64,000 nucleotides of DNA from Phaeosaccion multiseriatum (Eukaryota; Protista; Ochrophyta, other classes). The notes under the pieces were generated by a model, which saw only the letters and a list, made by a program, of their open reading frames with translations, searched no databases and was not told where the DNA came from. Both the position numbers and the translations under genes were made by a program. Positions 11,311-24,800 of the stretch are shown piece by piece (position 1 is the stretch's first letter; each line of letters starts with the position of its first letter). The stretch covers positions 1,612,001 through 1,676,000 of the forward strand of contig OZ218961.1 of the NCBI GenBank assembly GCA_965112735.1, read 5' to 3'.

Positions 11311-12291
11311 ATGCCAGGCCTAAAGGAGAGCGAGGTACCGATACCACGGTCTCTGGCCCAGGCTCAAGCAGGAGAGTACGCGGAGCAATGGACGGAGGCG
11401 TACTGGGCAGAGCTCAACGCGATCGAGCAACGCCAGGTATGGGAGGAGGTTGATTATCAAGAGGGGATGAATGTGCTGCATACAGTCATGCTCTTCAGAG
11501 CAAAGGTGACTGGGGGACTTGTGGATAGGCTCAAGTGTCGATTTGTCGTGATGGGGAACGAGCAGATCGAGGGGGAGGATTACTTTGATACCTTTGCACC
11601 AGTGGTGGGGAGCTCGACGATGAAGATGTTCTTTGCTATCACGTGCCAGAAGAAGTGGGTATTGGAGTTTGCAGATGTGGAGACGGCTTTCCTGCATGCA
11701 CCTCTGCATGAGGGGGAGTACGTGTACATTAGAGCACCAGAGGGCATGAGAAAGTTCGGGAAGGTGCTGAGGCTGTTGAAGAGTCTTTACGGTCTTCATC
11801 AGTCTCCCAAGAGGTGGAACGAGACAGTGGTGGCATTTCTACTCGCAATGGGGTGGGTACAGTGCCCAGTGGATCCGTGTCTGTTCGCCAGGTTCGAGGA
11901 GGGGGAGCTAATAGGGCTCATCATTCTATATGTAGACGACCTAGGAGGGTCAGGGGAGGGAAATCTCATTGACTGCACTTTCAAGGAGATTGACGAGCGC
12001 TTCAAGTTGAAGCGTTTGGGATCGAATGTGGGGAAATTTCTGGGAGTTGAAGTTGACTACGCATTCGAGGCGGGACGGCTCAGGCTTTCGCTAGGAGGGT
12101 ATCTTAGAGCGATGCTTGAGAAGTTCGACATGACGGAGGTACCTGTGTACGGCTCACCAGCAGAGCAGGGGGTACATTTGTCAGTGGGTATGGAGCCAAG
12201 CACCACAGAGGAGGAGGAATTGATGAAGGACAAACCATACTGCTGTTTCACAGAGGGATTCTGGAGTTTCTGTTTCCAGGAGCCAACATGA
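11311..12291 (+). CDS. pol: copia reverse transcriptase (RVT_2), same frame as the upstream ORF, C-terminally truncated by deletion
   Basis: KCRFVVMG, DYFDTFAPV, DVETAFLHA, LKSLYGLHQSP, DPCLF, LYVDDL. Homology stops at KDKPY (~12240). Confidence 0.93.
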   Translation: MPGLKESEVPIPRSLAQAQAGEYAEQWTEAYWAELNAIEQRQVWEEVDYQEGMNVLHTVMLFRAKVTGGLVDRLKCRFVVMGNEQIEGEDYFDTFAPVVGSSTMKMFFAITCQKKWVLEFADVETAFLHAPLHEGEYVYIRAPEGMRKFGKVLRLLKSLYGLHQSPKRWNETVVAFLLAMGWVQCPVDPCLFARFEEGELIGLIILYVDDLGGSGEGNLIDCTFKEIDERFKLKRLGSNVGKFLGVEVDYAFEAGRLRLSLGGYLRAMLEKFDMTEVPVYGSPAEQGVHLSVGMEPSTTEEEELMKDKPYCCFTEGFWSFCFQEPT

Positions 12292-12548
12292 CGGAGTCGG
12301 TCGTGCACGAGGACAATCAAGGGTGCATTCAGATGGCAAATGGCAACGCGGGCACCAAGCGCGTACGTCACATCGACATTCGATATCATTTCCTGCAGTA
12401 CCACGTGGACAAGGGACACGTTCGGTTTCAGTACATCAGCACAAAGGACCAGCTTGGGGACATCATGACCAAGGCATTGGCACCTCAGGTACACAGCGGT
12501 TTGGCGGGGCAGATGCTTAAGAAGGGAGACAGGAAAGGGGGGGACTAG
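12243..12548 (+). pseudogene. C-terminal half of copia RNase H, out of frame with RT
   Basis: HEDNQGCI, KRVRHIDIRYHF, DQLGDIMTKAL. The N-terminal DADW and STxEAE motifs are absent. Confidence 0.88.
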
Positions 12549-12684
12549 TTTAGTTCAGTAGTTTTAGTATGAGGTTTTCAGGACTTTGTCTCGGGGGGGT
12601 TTTAGGACAAGTCAGGTGTTTCCTTATTGTGTTTGTGGTAGAGTGTCAGCTATCAAGAGAGATAGTGATTCAGTCATAGGAGGG

Positions 12685-12870
12685 TGTTGTGATGAGCATC
12701 GCCAGTTGTGACTGAGCACTATATCGACGTACAATATCGATGTGAATATCGATATTCATGTATGGCCACGGCCATCACTTCCTTGAACGCATCTCTCAGT
12801 AGGTATTATTAATACACGAGTTGACACTACTCTAGCTTGTCCCTGTCATCGTAGAGGAGATATCGCAACA
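12685..12870 (+). repeat. copia 3' LTR
   Basis: Copy of 7832-8017, preceded by a polypurine tract. Confidence 0.95.
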
Positions 12871-15800
12871 GTGTGTGCCTACCAAATATGCCAAATGCCG
12901 GCTTTGGGCGTCTTTGCCGACAGATTGGGCCATTTGAGCCTATCTGAGATCCCACTTGGCGCTGTTGTGGCAATGTCGTATCTGTGTTGGGCCTATGGTG
13001 CTGAGCCAATGCCTGGACTGGGCATGTTGTGACCAGCAAACGCGTCGTTCGGGCTGTGTGTGCCTACCAAATATGCCAAATGCCGGCTTTGGGCGTCTTT
13101 GCCGACAGATTGGGCCATTTGAGCCTATCTGAGATCCCACTTGGCGCTGTTGTGGCAATGTCGTATCTGTGTTGGGCCTATGGTGCTGAGCCAATGCCTG
13201 GACTGGGCATGTTGTGACCAGCAAACGCGTCGTTCGGGCTGTGTGTGCCCCCCAAATGCGGGCTTTGGGCGTCTTTGCCGACAGATTGGGCCATTTGAGC
13301 CTATCTGAGATCCCACTTGGCGCTGTTGTGGCAATGTCGTATCTGTGTTGGGCCTATGGTGCTGAGCCAATGCCTGGACTGGGCATGTTGTGACCAGCAA
13401 ACGCGTCGTTCGGGCTGTGTGTGCCTACCAAATATGCCAAATGCCGGCTTTGGGCGTCTTTGCCGACAGATTGGGCCATTTGAGCCTATCTGAGATCCCA
13501 CGTGGCGCTGTTGTGGCAATGTCGTATCTGTGTTGGGCCTATGGTGCTGAGCCAATGCCTGGACTGGGCATGTTGTGACCAGCAAACGCGTCGTTCGGGC
13601 TGTGTGTGCCTACCAAATATGCCAAATGCCGGCTTTGGGCGTCTTTGCCGACAGATTGGGCCATTTGAGCCTATCTGAGATCCCACTTGGCGCTGTTGTG
13701 GCAATGTCGTATCTGTGTTGGGCCTATGGTGCTGAGCCAATGCCTGGACTGGGCATGTTGTGACCAGCAAACGCGTCGTTCGGGCTGTGTGTGCGCCCCA
13801 AATGCCGGCTTTGGGCGTCTTTGCCGACAGATTGGGCCATTTGAGCCTATCTGAGATCCCACTTGGCGCTGTTGTGGCAATGTCGTATCTGTGTTGGGCC
13901 TATGGTGCTGAGCCAATGCCTGGACTGGGCATGTTGTGACCAGCAAACGCGTCGTTCGGGCTGTGTGTGCCCCCCAAATGCGGGCTTTGGGCGTCTTTGC
14001 CGACAGATTGGGCCATTTGAGCCTATCTGAGATCCCACTTGGCGCTGTTGTGGCAATGTCGTATCTGTGTTGGGCCTATGGTGCTGAGCCAATGCCTGGA
14101 CTGGGCATGTTGTGACCAGCAAACGCGTCGTTCGGGCTGTGTGTGCCTACCAAATATGCCAAATGCCGGCTTTGGGCGTCTTTGCCGACAGATTGGGCCA
14201 TTTGAGCCTATCTGAGATCCCACGTGGCGCTGTTGTGGCAATGTCGTATCTGTGTTGGGCCTATGGTGCTGAGCCAATGCCTGGACTGGGCATGTTGTGA
14301 CCAGCAAACGCGTCGTTCGGGCTTTGTGTGCCTACCAAATATGCCAAATGCCGGCTTTGGGCGTCTTTGCCGACAGATTGGGCCATTTGAGCCTATCTGA
14401 GATCCCACTTGGCGCTGTTGTGGCAATGTCGTATCTGTGTTGGGCCTATGGTGCTGAGCCAATGCCTGGACTGGGCATGTTGTGACCAGCAAACGCGTCG
14501 TTCGGGCTGTGTGTGCGCCCCAAATGCCGGCTTTGGGCGTCTTTGCCGACAGATTGGGCCATTTGAGCCTATCTGAGATCCCACTTGGCGCTGTTGTGGC
14601 AATGTCGTATCTGTGTTGGGCCTATGGTGCTGAGCCAATGCCTGGACTGGGCATGTTGTGACCAGCAAACGCGTCGTTCGGGCTGTGTGTGCCCCCCAAA
14701 TGCGGGCTTTGGGCGTCTTTGCCGACAGATTGGGCCATTTGAGCCTATCTGAGATCCCACTTGGCGCTGTTGTGGCAATGTCGTATCTGTCTTGGGCCTA
14801 TGGTGCTGAGCCAATGCCTGGACTGGGCATGTTGTGACCAGCAAACGCGTCGTTCGGGCTGTGTGTGCGCCCCAAATGCCGGCTTTGGGCGTCTTTGCCG
14901 ACAGATTGGGCCATTTGAGCCTATCTGAGATCCCACTTGGCGCTGTTGTGGCAATGTCGTATCTGTGTTGGACCTATGGTGCTGAGCCAATGCCTGGACT
15001 GGGCATGTTGTGACCAGCAAACGCGTCGTTCGGGCTGTGTGTGCCCCCCAAATGCGGGCTTTGGGCGTCTTTGCCGACAGATTGGGCCATTTGAGCCTAT
15101 CTGAGATCCCACTTGGCGCTGTTGTGGCAATGTCGTATCTGTGTTGGGCCTATGGTGCTGAGCCAATGCCTGGACTGGGCATGTTGTGACCAGCAAACGC
15201 GTCGTTCGGGCTGTGTGTGCCTACCAAATATGCCAAATGCCGGCTTTGGGCGTCTTTGCCGACAGATTGGGCCATTTGAGCCTATCTGAGATCCCACGTG
15301 GCGCTGTTGTGGCAATGTCGTATCTGTGTTGGGCCTATGGTGCTGAGCCAATGCCTGGACTGGGCATGTTGTGACCAGCAAACGCGTCGTTCGGGCTGTG
15401 TGTGCCTACCAAATATGCCAAATGCCGGCTTTGGGCGTCTTTGCCGACAGATTGGGCCATTTGAGCCTATCTGAGATCCCACTTGGCGCTGTTGTGGCAA
15501 TGTCGTATCTGTGTTGGGCCTATGGTGCTGAGCCAATGCCTGGACTGGGCATGTTGTGACCAGCAAACGCGTCGTTCGGGCTGTGTGTGCGCCCCAAATG
15601 CCGGCTTTGGGCGTCTTTGCCGACAGATTGGGCCATTTGAGCCTATCTGAGATCCCACTTGGCGCTGTTGTGGCAATGTCGTATCTGTGTTGGGCCTATG
15701 GTGCTGAGCCAATGCCTGGACTGGGCATGTTGTGACCAGCAAACGCGTCGTTCGGGCTGTGTGTGCCCCCCAAATGCGGGCTTTGGGCGTCTTTGCCGAC

Positions 15801-18800
15801 AGATTGGGCCATTTGAGCCTATCTGAGATCCCACTTGGCGCTGTTGTGGCAATGTCGTATCTGTCTTGGGCCTATGGTGCTGAGCCAATGCCTGGACTGG
15901 GCATGTTGTGACCAGCAAACGCGTCGTTCGGGCTGTGTGTGCGCCCCAAATGCCGGCTTTGGGCGTCTTTGCCGACAGATTGGGCCATTTGAGCCTATCT
16001 GAGATCCCACTTGGCGCTGTTGTGGCAATGTCGTATCTGTGTTGGACCTATGGTGCTGAGCCAATGCCTGGACTGGGCATGTTGTGACCAGCAAACGCGT
16101 CGTTCGGGCTGTGTGTGCCCCCCAAATGCGGGCTTTGGGCGTCTTTGCCGACAGATTGGGCCATTTGAGCCTATCTGAGATCCCACTTGGCGCTGTTGTG
16201 GCAATGTCGATCTGTGTTGGGCCTATGGTGCTGAGCCAATGCCTGGACTGGGCATGTTGTGACCAGCAAACGCGTCGTTCGGGCTGTGTGTGCCTACCAA
16301 ATATGCCAAATGCCGGCTTTGGGCGTCTTTGCCGACAGATTGGGCCATTTGAGCCTATCTGAGATCCCACTTGGCGCTGTTGTGGCAATGTCGTATCTGT
16401 CTTGGGCCTATGGTGCTGAGCCAATGCCTGGACTGGGCATGTTGTGACCAGCAAACGCGTCGTTCGGGCTGTGTGTGCGCCCCAAATGCCGGCTTTGGGC
16501 GTCTTTGCCGACAGATTGGGCCATTTGAGCCTATCTGAGATCCCACTTGGCGCTGTTGTGGCAATGTCGTATCTGTGTTGGGCCTATGGTGCTGAGCCAA
16601 TGCCTGGACTGGGCATGTTGTGACCAGCAAACGCGTCGTTCGGGCTGTGTGTGCCCCCCAAATGCCGGCTTTGGGCGTCTTTGCCGACAGATTGGGCCAT
16701 TTGAGCCTATCTGAGATCCCACTTGGCGCTGTTGTGGCAATGTCGTATCTGTGTTGGGCCTATGGTGCTGAGCCAATGCCTGGACTGGGCATGTTGTGAC
16801 CAGCAAACGCGTCGTTCGGGCTGTGTGTGCGCCCCAAATGCCGGCTTTGGGCGTCTTTGCCGACAGATTGGGCCATTTGAGCCTATCTGAGATCCCACTT
16901 GGCGCTGTTGTGGCAATGTCGTATCTGTGTTGGACCTATGGTGCTGAGCCAATGCCTGGACTGGGCATGTTGTGACCAGCAAACGCGTCGTTCGGGCTGT
17001 GTGTGCCCCCCAAATGCGGGCTTTGGGCGTCTTTGCCGACAGATTGGGCCATTTGAGCCTATCTGAGATCCCACTTGGCGCTGTTGTGGCAATGTCGATC
17101 TGTGTTGGGCCTATGGTGCTGAGCCAATGCCTGGACTGGGCATGTTGTGACCAGCAAACGCGTCGTTCGGGCTGTGTGTGCCTACCAAATATGCCAAATG
17201 CCGGCTTTGGGCGTCTTTGCCGACAGATTGGGCCATTTGAGCCTATCTGAGATCCCACTTGGCGCTGTTGTGGCAATGTCGTATCTGTCTTGGGCCTATG
17301 GTGCTGAGCCAATGCCTGGACTGGGCATGTTGTGACCAGCAAACGCGTCGTTCGGGCTGTGTGTGCGCCCCAAATGCCGGCTTTGGGCGTCTTTGCCGAC
17401 AGATTGGGCCATTTGAGCCTATCTGACATCCCACTTGGCGCTGTTGTGGCAATGTCGTATCTGTGTTGGGCCTATGGTGCTGAGCCAATGCCTGGACTGG
17501 GCATGTTGTGACCAGCAAACGCGTCGTTCGGGCTGTGTGTGCCCCCCAAATGCCGGCTTTGGGCGTCTTTGCCGACAGATTGGGCCATTTGAGCCTATCT
17601 GAGATCCCACTTGGCGCTGTTGTGGCAATGTCGTATCTGTGTTGGGCCTATGGTGCTGAGCCAATGCCTGGACTGGGCATGTTGTGACCAGCAAACGCGT
17701 CGTTCGGGCTGTGTGTGCCCCTCAAATGCGGGCTTTGGGCGTCTTTGCCGACAGATTGGGCCATTTGAGCCTATCTGAGATCCCACTTGGCGCTGTTGTG
17801 GCAATGTCGTATCTGTGTTGGGCCTATGGTGCTGAGCCAATGCCTGGACTGGGCATGTTGTGACCAGCAAACGCGTCGTTCGGGCTGTGTGTGCCCCCCA
17901 AATGCGGGCTTTGGGCGTCTTTGCCGACAGATTGGGCCATTTGAGCCTATCTGAGATCCCACTTGGCGCTGTTGTGGCAATGTCGTATCTGTGTTGGACC
18001 TATGGTGCTGAGCCAATGCCTGGACTGGGCATGTTGTGACCAGCAAACGCGTCGTTCGGGCTGTGTGTGCCTACCAAATATGCCAAATGCCGGCTTTGGG
18101 CGTCTTTGCCGACAGATTGGGCCATTTGAGCCTATCTGAGATCCCACTTGGCGCTGTTGTGGCAATGTCGTATCTGTGTTGGGCCTATGGTGCTGAGCCA
18201 ATGCCTGGACTGGGCATGTTGTGACCAGCAAACGCGTCGTTCGGGCTGTGTGTGCGCCCCAAATGCCGGCTTTGGGCGTCTTTGCCGACAGATTGGGCCA
18301 TTTGAGCCTATCTGAGATCCCACTTGGCGCTGTTGTGGCAATGTCGTATCTGTGTTGGACCTATGGTGCTGAGCCAATGCCTGGACTGGGCATGTTGTGA
18401 CCAGCAAACGCGTCGTTCGGGCTGTGTGTGCCCCCCAAATGCGGGCTTTGGGCGTCTTTGCCGACAGATTGGGCCATTTGAGCCTATCTGAGATCCCACT
18501 TGGCGCTGTTGTGGCAATGTCGATCTGTGTTGGGCCTATGGTGCTGAGCCAATGCCTGGACTGGGCATGTTGTGACCAGCAAACGCGTCGTTCGGGCTGT
18601 GTGTGCCTACCAAATATGCCAAATGCCGGCTTTGGGCGTCTTTGCCGACAGATTGGGCCATTTGAGCCTATCTGACATCCCACTTGGCGCTGTTGTGGCA
18701 ATGTCGTATCTGTGTTGGGCCTATGGTGCTGAGCCAATGCCTGGACTGGGCATGTTGTGACCAGCAAACGCGTCGTTCGGGCTGTGTGTGCCTACCAAAT

Positions 18801-21800
18801 ATGCCAAATGCCGGCTTTGGGCGTCTTTGCCGACAGATTGGGCCATTTGAGCCTATCTGAGATCCCACTTGGCGCTGTTGTGGCAATGTCGTATCTGTGT
18901 TGGGCCTATGGTGCTGAGCCAATGCCTGGACTGGGCATGTTGTGACCAGCAAACGCGTCGTTCGGGCTGTGTGTGCCCCTCAAATGCGGGCTTTGGGCGT
19001 CTTTGCCGACAGATTGGGCCATTTGAGCCTATCTGAGATCCCACTTGGCGCTGTTGTGGCAATGTCGTATCTGTGTTGGGCCTATGGTGCTGAGCCAATG
19101 CCTGGACTGGGCATGTTGTGACCAGCAAACGCGTCGTTCGGGCTGTGTGTGCCCCCCAAATGCGGGCTTTGGGCGTCTTTGCCGACAGATTGGGCCATTT
19201 GAGCCTATCTGAGATCCCACTTGGCGCTGTTGTGGCAATGTCGTATCTGTGTTGGACCTATGGTGCTGAGCCAATGCCTGGACTGGGCATGTTGTGACCA
19301 GCAAACGCGTCGTTCGGGCTGTGTGTGCCTACCAAATATGCCAAATGCCGGCTTTGGGCGTCTTTGCCGACAGATTGGGCCATTTGAGCCTATCTGAGAT
19401 CCCACTTGGCGCTGTTGTGGCAATGTCGTATCTGTGTTGGGCCTATGGTGCTGAGCCAATGCCTGGACTGGGCATGTTGTGACCAGCAAACGCGTCGTTC
19501 GGGCTGTGTGTGCCTACCAAATATGCCAAATGCCGGCTTTGGGCGTCTTTGCCGACAGATTGGGCCATTTGAGCCTATCTGAGATCCCACTTGGCGCTGT
19601 TGTGGCAATGTCGTATCTGTGTTGGGCCTATGGTGCTGAGCCAATGCCTGGACTGGGCATGTTGTGACCAGCAAACGCGTCGTTCGGGCTGTGTGTGCCT
19701 ACCAAATATGCCAAATGCCGGCTTTGGGCGTCTTTGCCGACAGATTGGGCCATTTGAGCCTATCTGAGATCCCACTTGGCGCTGTTGTGGCAATGTCGTA
19801 TCTGTGTTGGGCCTATGGTGCTGAGCCAATGCCTGGACTGGGCATGTTGTGACCAGCAAACGCGTCGTTCGGGCTGTGTGTGCCCCCCAAATGCGGGCTT
19901 TGGGCGTCTTTGCCGACAGATTGGGCCATTTGAGCCTATCTGAGATCCCACTTGGCGCTGTTGTGGCAATGTCGTATCTGTGTTGGGCCTATGGTGCTGA
20001 GCCAATGCCTGGACTGGGCATGTTGTGACCAGCAAACGCGTCGTTCGGGCTGTGTGTGCCTACCAAATATGCCAAATGCCGGCTTTGGGCGTCTTTGCCG
20101 ACAGATTGGGCCATTTGAGCCTATCTGAGATCCCACTTGGCGCTGTTGTGGCAATGTCGTATCTGTGTTGGGCCTATGGTGCTGAGCCAATGCCTGGACT
20201 GGGCATGTTGTGACCAGCAAACGCGTCGTTCGGGCTGTGTGTGCCTACCAAATATGCCAAATGCCGGCTTTGGGCGTCTTTGCCGACAGATTGGGCCATT
20301 TGAGCCTATCTGAGATCCCACGTGGCGCTGTTGTGGCAATGTCGTATCTGTGTTGGGCCTATGGTGCTGAGCCAATGCCTGGACTGGGCATGTTGTGACC
20401 AGCAAACGCGTCGTTCGGGCTGTGTGTGCCTACCAAATATGCCAAATGCCGGCTTTGGGCGTCTTTGCCGACAGATTGGGCCATTTGAGCCTATCTGAGA
20501 TCCCACTTGGCGCTGTTGTGGCAATGTCGTATCTGTGTTGGGCCTATGGTGCTGAGCCAATGCCTGGACTGGGCATGTTGTGACCAGCAAACGCGTCGTT
20601 CGGGCTGTGTGTGCCTACCAAATATGCCAAATGCCGGCTTTGGGCGTCTTTGCCGACAGATGGGCCATTTGAGCCTATCTGAGATCCCACTTGGCGCTGT
20701 TGTGGCAATGTCGTATCTGTGTTGGGCCTATGGTGCTGAGCCAATGCCTGGACTGGGCATGTTGTGACCAGCAAACGCGTCGTTCGGGCTGTGTGTGCCC
20801 CCCAAATGCGGGCTTTGGGCGTCTTTGCCGACAGATTGGGCCATTTGAGCCTATCTGAGATCCCACTTGGCGCTGTTGTGGCAATGTCGTATCTGTCTTG
20901 GGCCTATGGTGCTGAGCCAATGCCTGGACTGGGCATGTTGTGACCAGCAAACGCGTCGTTCGGGCTGTGTGTGCCCCCCAAATGCCGGCTTTGGGCGTCT
21001 TTGCCGACAGATTGGGCCATTTGAGCCTATCTGAGATCCCACTTGGCGCTGTTGTGGCAATGTCGTATCTGTGTTGGGCCTATGGTGCTGAGCCAATGCC
21101 TGGACTGGGCATGTTGTGACCAGCAAACGCGTCGTTCGGGCTGTGTGTGCCCCCCAAATGCGGGCTTTGGGCGTCTTTGCCGACAGATTGGGCCATTTGA
21201 GCCTATCTGAGATCCCACTTGGCGCTGTTGTGGCAATGTCGATCTGTGTTGGGCCTATGGTGCTGAGCCAATGCCTGGACTGGGCATGTTGTGACCAGCA
21301 AACGCGTCGTTCGGGCTGTGTGTGCCTACCAAATATGCCAAATGCCGGCTTTGGGCGTCTTTGCCGACAGATTGGGCCATTTGAGCCTATCTGAGATCCC
21401 ACTTGGCGCTGTTGTGGCAATGTCGTATCTGTCTTGGGCCTATGGTGCTGAGCCAATGCCTGGACTGGGCATGTTGTGACCAGCAAACGCGTCGTTCGGG
21501 CTGTGTGTGCCTACCAAATATGCCAAATGCCGGCTTTGGGCGTCTTTGCCGACAGATTGGGCCATTTGAGCCTATCTGAGATCCCACTTGGCGCTGTTGT
21601 GGCAATGTCGTATCTGTGTTGGGCCTATGGTGCTGAGCCAATGCCTGGACTGGGCATGTTGTGACCAGCAAACGCGTCGTTCGGGCTGTGTGTGCCCCCC
21701 AAATGCCGGCTTTGGGCGTCTTTGCCGACAGATTGGGCCATTTGAGCCTATCTGAGATCCCACTTGGCGCTGTTGTGGCAATGTCGTATCTGTGTTGGGC

Positions 21801-24800
21801 CTATGGTGCTGAGCCAATGCCTGGACTGGGCATGTTGTGACCAGCAAACGCGTCGTTCGGGCTGTGTGTGCCCCCCAAATGCGGGCTTTGGGCGTCTTTG
21901 CCGACAGATTGGGCCATTTGAGCCTATCTGAGATCCCACTTGGCGCTGTTGTGGCAATGTCGTATCTGTGTTGGGCCTATGGTGCTGAGCCAATGCCTGG
22001 ACTGGGCATGTTGTGACCAGCAAACGCGTCGTTCGGGCTGTGTGTGCCTACCAAATATGCCAAATGCCGGCTTTGGGCGTCTTTGCCGACAGATTGGGCC
22101 ATTTGAGCCTATCTGAGATCCCACTTGGCGCTGTTGTGGCAATGTCGTATCTGTGTTGGGCCTATGGTGCTGAGCCAATGCCTGGACTGGGCATGTTGTG
22201 ACCAGCAAACGCGTCGTTCGGGCTGTGTGTGCCTACCAAATATGCCAAATGCCGGCTTTGGGCGTCTTTGCCGACAGATTGGGCCATTTGAGCCTATCTG
22301 AGATCCCACGTGGCGCTGTTGTGGCAATGTCGTATCTGTGTTGGGCCTATGGTGCTGAGCCAATGCCTGGACTGGGCATGTTGTGACCAGCAAACGCGTC
22401 GTTCGGGCTGTGTGTGCCTACCAAATATGCCAAATGCCGGCTTTGGGCGTCTTTGCCGACAGATTGGGCCATTTGAGCCTATCTGAGATCCCACTTGGCG
22501 CTGTTGTGGCAATGTCGTATCTGTGTTGGGCCTATGGTGCTGAGCCAATGCCTGGACTGGGCATGTTGTGACCAGCAAACGCGTCGTTCGGGCTGTGTGT
22601 GCCTACCAAATATGCCAAATGCCGGCTTTGGGCGTCTTTGCCGACAGATGGGCCATTTGAGCCTATCTGAGATCCCACTTGGCGCTGTTGTGGCAATGTC
22701 GTATCTGTGTTGGGCCTATGGTGCTGAGCCAATGCCTGGACTGGGCATGTTGTGACCAGCAAACGCGTCGTTCGGGCTGTGTGTGCCCCCCAAATGCGGG
22801 CTTTGGGCGTCTTTGCCGACAGATTGGGCCATTTGAGCCTATCTGAGATCCCACTTGGCGCTGTTGTGGCAATGTCGTATCTGTCTTGGGCCTATGGTGC
22901 TGAGCCAATGCCTGGACTGGGCATGTTGTGACCAGCAAACGCGTCGTTCGGGCTGTGTGTGCCCCCCAAATGCCGGCTTTGGGCGTCTTTGCCGACAGAT
23001 TGGGCCATTTGAGCCTATCTGAGATCCCACTTGGCGCTGTTGTGGCAATGTCGTATCTGTGTTGGGCCTATGGTGCTGAGCCAATGCCTGGACTGGGCAT
23101 GTTGTGACCAGCAAACGCGTCGTTCGGGCTGTGTGTGCCCCCCAAATGCGGGCTTTGGGCGTCTTTGCCGACAGATTGGGCCATTTGAGCCTATCTGAGA
23201 TCCCACTTGGCGCTGTTGTGGCAATGTCGATCTGTGTTGGGCCTATGGTGCTGAGCCAATGCCTGGACTGGGCATGTTGTGACCAGCAAACGCGTCGTTC
23301 GGGCTGTGTGTGCCTACCAAATATGCCAAATGCCGGCTTTGGGCGTCTTTGCCGACAGATTGGGCCATTTGAGCCTATCTGAGATCCCACTTGGCGCTGT
23401 TGTGGCAATGTCGTATCTGTCTTGGGCCTATGGTGCTGAGCCAATGCCTGGACTGGGCATGTTGTGACCAGCAAACGCGTCGTTCGGGCTGTGTGTGCCT
23501 ACCAAATATGCCAAATGCCGGCTTTGGGCGTCTTTGCCGACAGATTGGGCCATTTGAGCCTATCTGAGATCCCACTTGGCGCTGTTGTGGCAATGTCGTA
23601 TCTGTGTTGGGCCTATGGTGCTGAGCCAATGCCTGGACTGGGCATGTTGTGACCAGCAAACGCGTCGTTCGGGCTGTGTGTGCCCCCCAAATGCCGGCTT
23701 TGGGCGTCTTTGCCGACAGATTGGGCCATTTGAGCCTATCTGAGATCCCACTTGGCGCTGTTGTGGCAATGTCGTATCTGTGTTGGGCCTATGGTGCTGA
23801 GCCAATGCCTGGACTGGGCATGTTGTGACCAGCAAACGCGTCGTTCGGGCTGTGTGTGCCCCCCAAATGCGGGCTTTGGGCGTCTTTGCCGACAGATTGG
23901 GCCATTTGAGCCTATCTGAGATCCCACTTGGCGCTGTTGTGGCAATGTCGTATCTGTGTTGGGCCTATGGTGCTGAGCCAATGCCTGGACTGGGCATGTT
24001 GTGACCAGCAAACGGGCGTTCGGGCTGTGTGTGCCCCCCAAATGCGGGCTTTGGGCGTCTTTGCCGACAGATTGGGCCATTTGAGCCTATCTGAGATCCC
24101 ACTTGGCGCTGTTGTGGCAATGTCGTATCTGTGTTGGGCCTATGGTGCTGAGCCAATGCCTGGACTGGGCATGTTGTGACCAGCAAACGCGTCGTTCGGG
24201 CTGTGTGTGCCTACCAAATATGCCAAATGCCGGCTTTGGGCGTCTTTGCCGACAGATTGGGCCATTTGAGCCTATCTGAGATCCCACTTGGCGCTGTTGT
24301 GGCAATGTCGTATCTGTGTTGGGCCTATGGTGCTGAGCCAATGCCTGGACTGGGCATGTTGTGACCAGCAAACGCGTCGTTCGGGCTGTGTGTGCCTACC
24401 AAATATGCCAAATGCCGGCTTTGGGCGTCTTTGCCGACAGATTGGGCCATTTGAGCCTATCTGAGATCCCACTTGGCGCTGTTGTGGCAATGTCGTATCT
24501 GTGTTGGGCCTATGGTGCTGAGCCAATGCCTGGACTGGGCATGTTGTGACCAGCAAACGCGTCGTTCGGGCTGTGTGTGCCCCCCAAATGCGGGCTTTGG
24601 GCGTCTTTGCCGACAGATTGGGCCATTTGAGCCTATCTGAGATCCCACTTGGCGCTGTTGTGGCAATGTCGTATCTGTGTTGGGCCTATGGTGCTGAGCC
24701 AATGCCTGGACTGGGCATGTTGTGACCAGCAAACGCGTCGTTCGGGCTGTGTGTGCCCCCCAAATGCGGGCTTTGGGCGTCTTTGCCGACAGATTGGGCC

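Larger units (their letters stand above)
7832..12870 (+). mobile_element. Ty1/copia LTR retrotransposon, internally deleted in RT-RNase H
   Basis: Two identical-looking 186-bp LTRs (TGTTGTGAT...ATCGCAACA). PPT-like ATAGGAGGG precedes the 3' LTR. Domain order gag-PR-IN-RT-RH. Confidence 0.97.
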
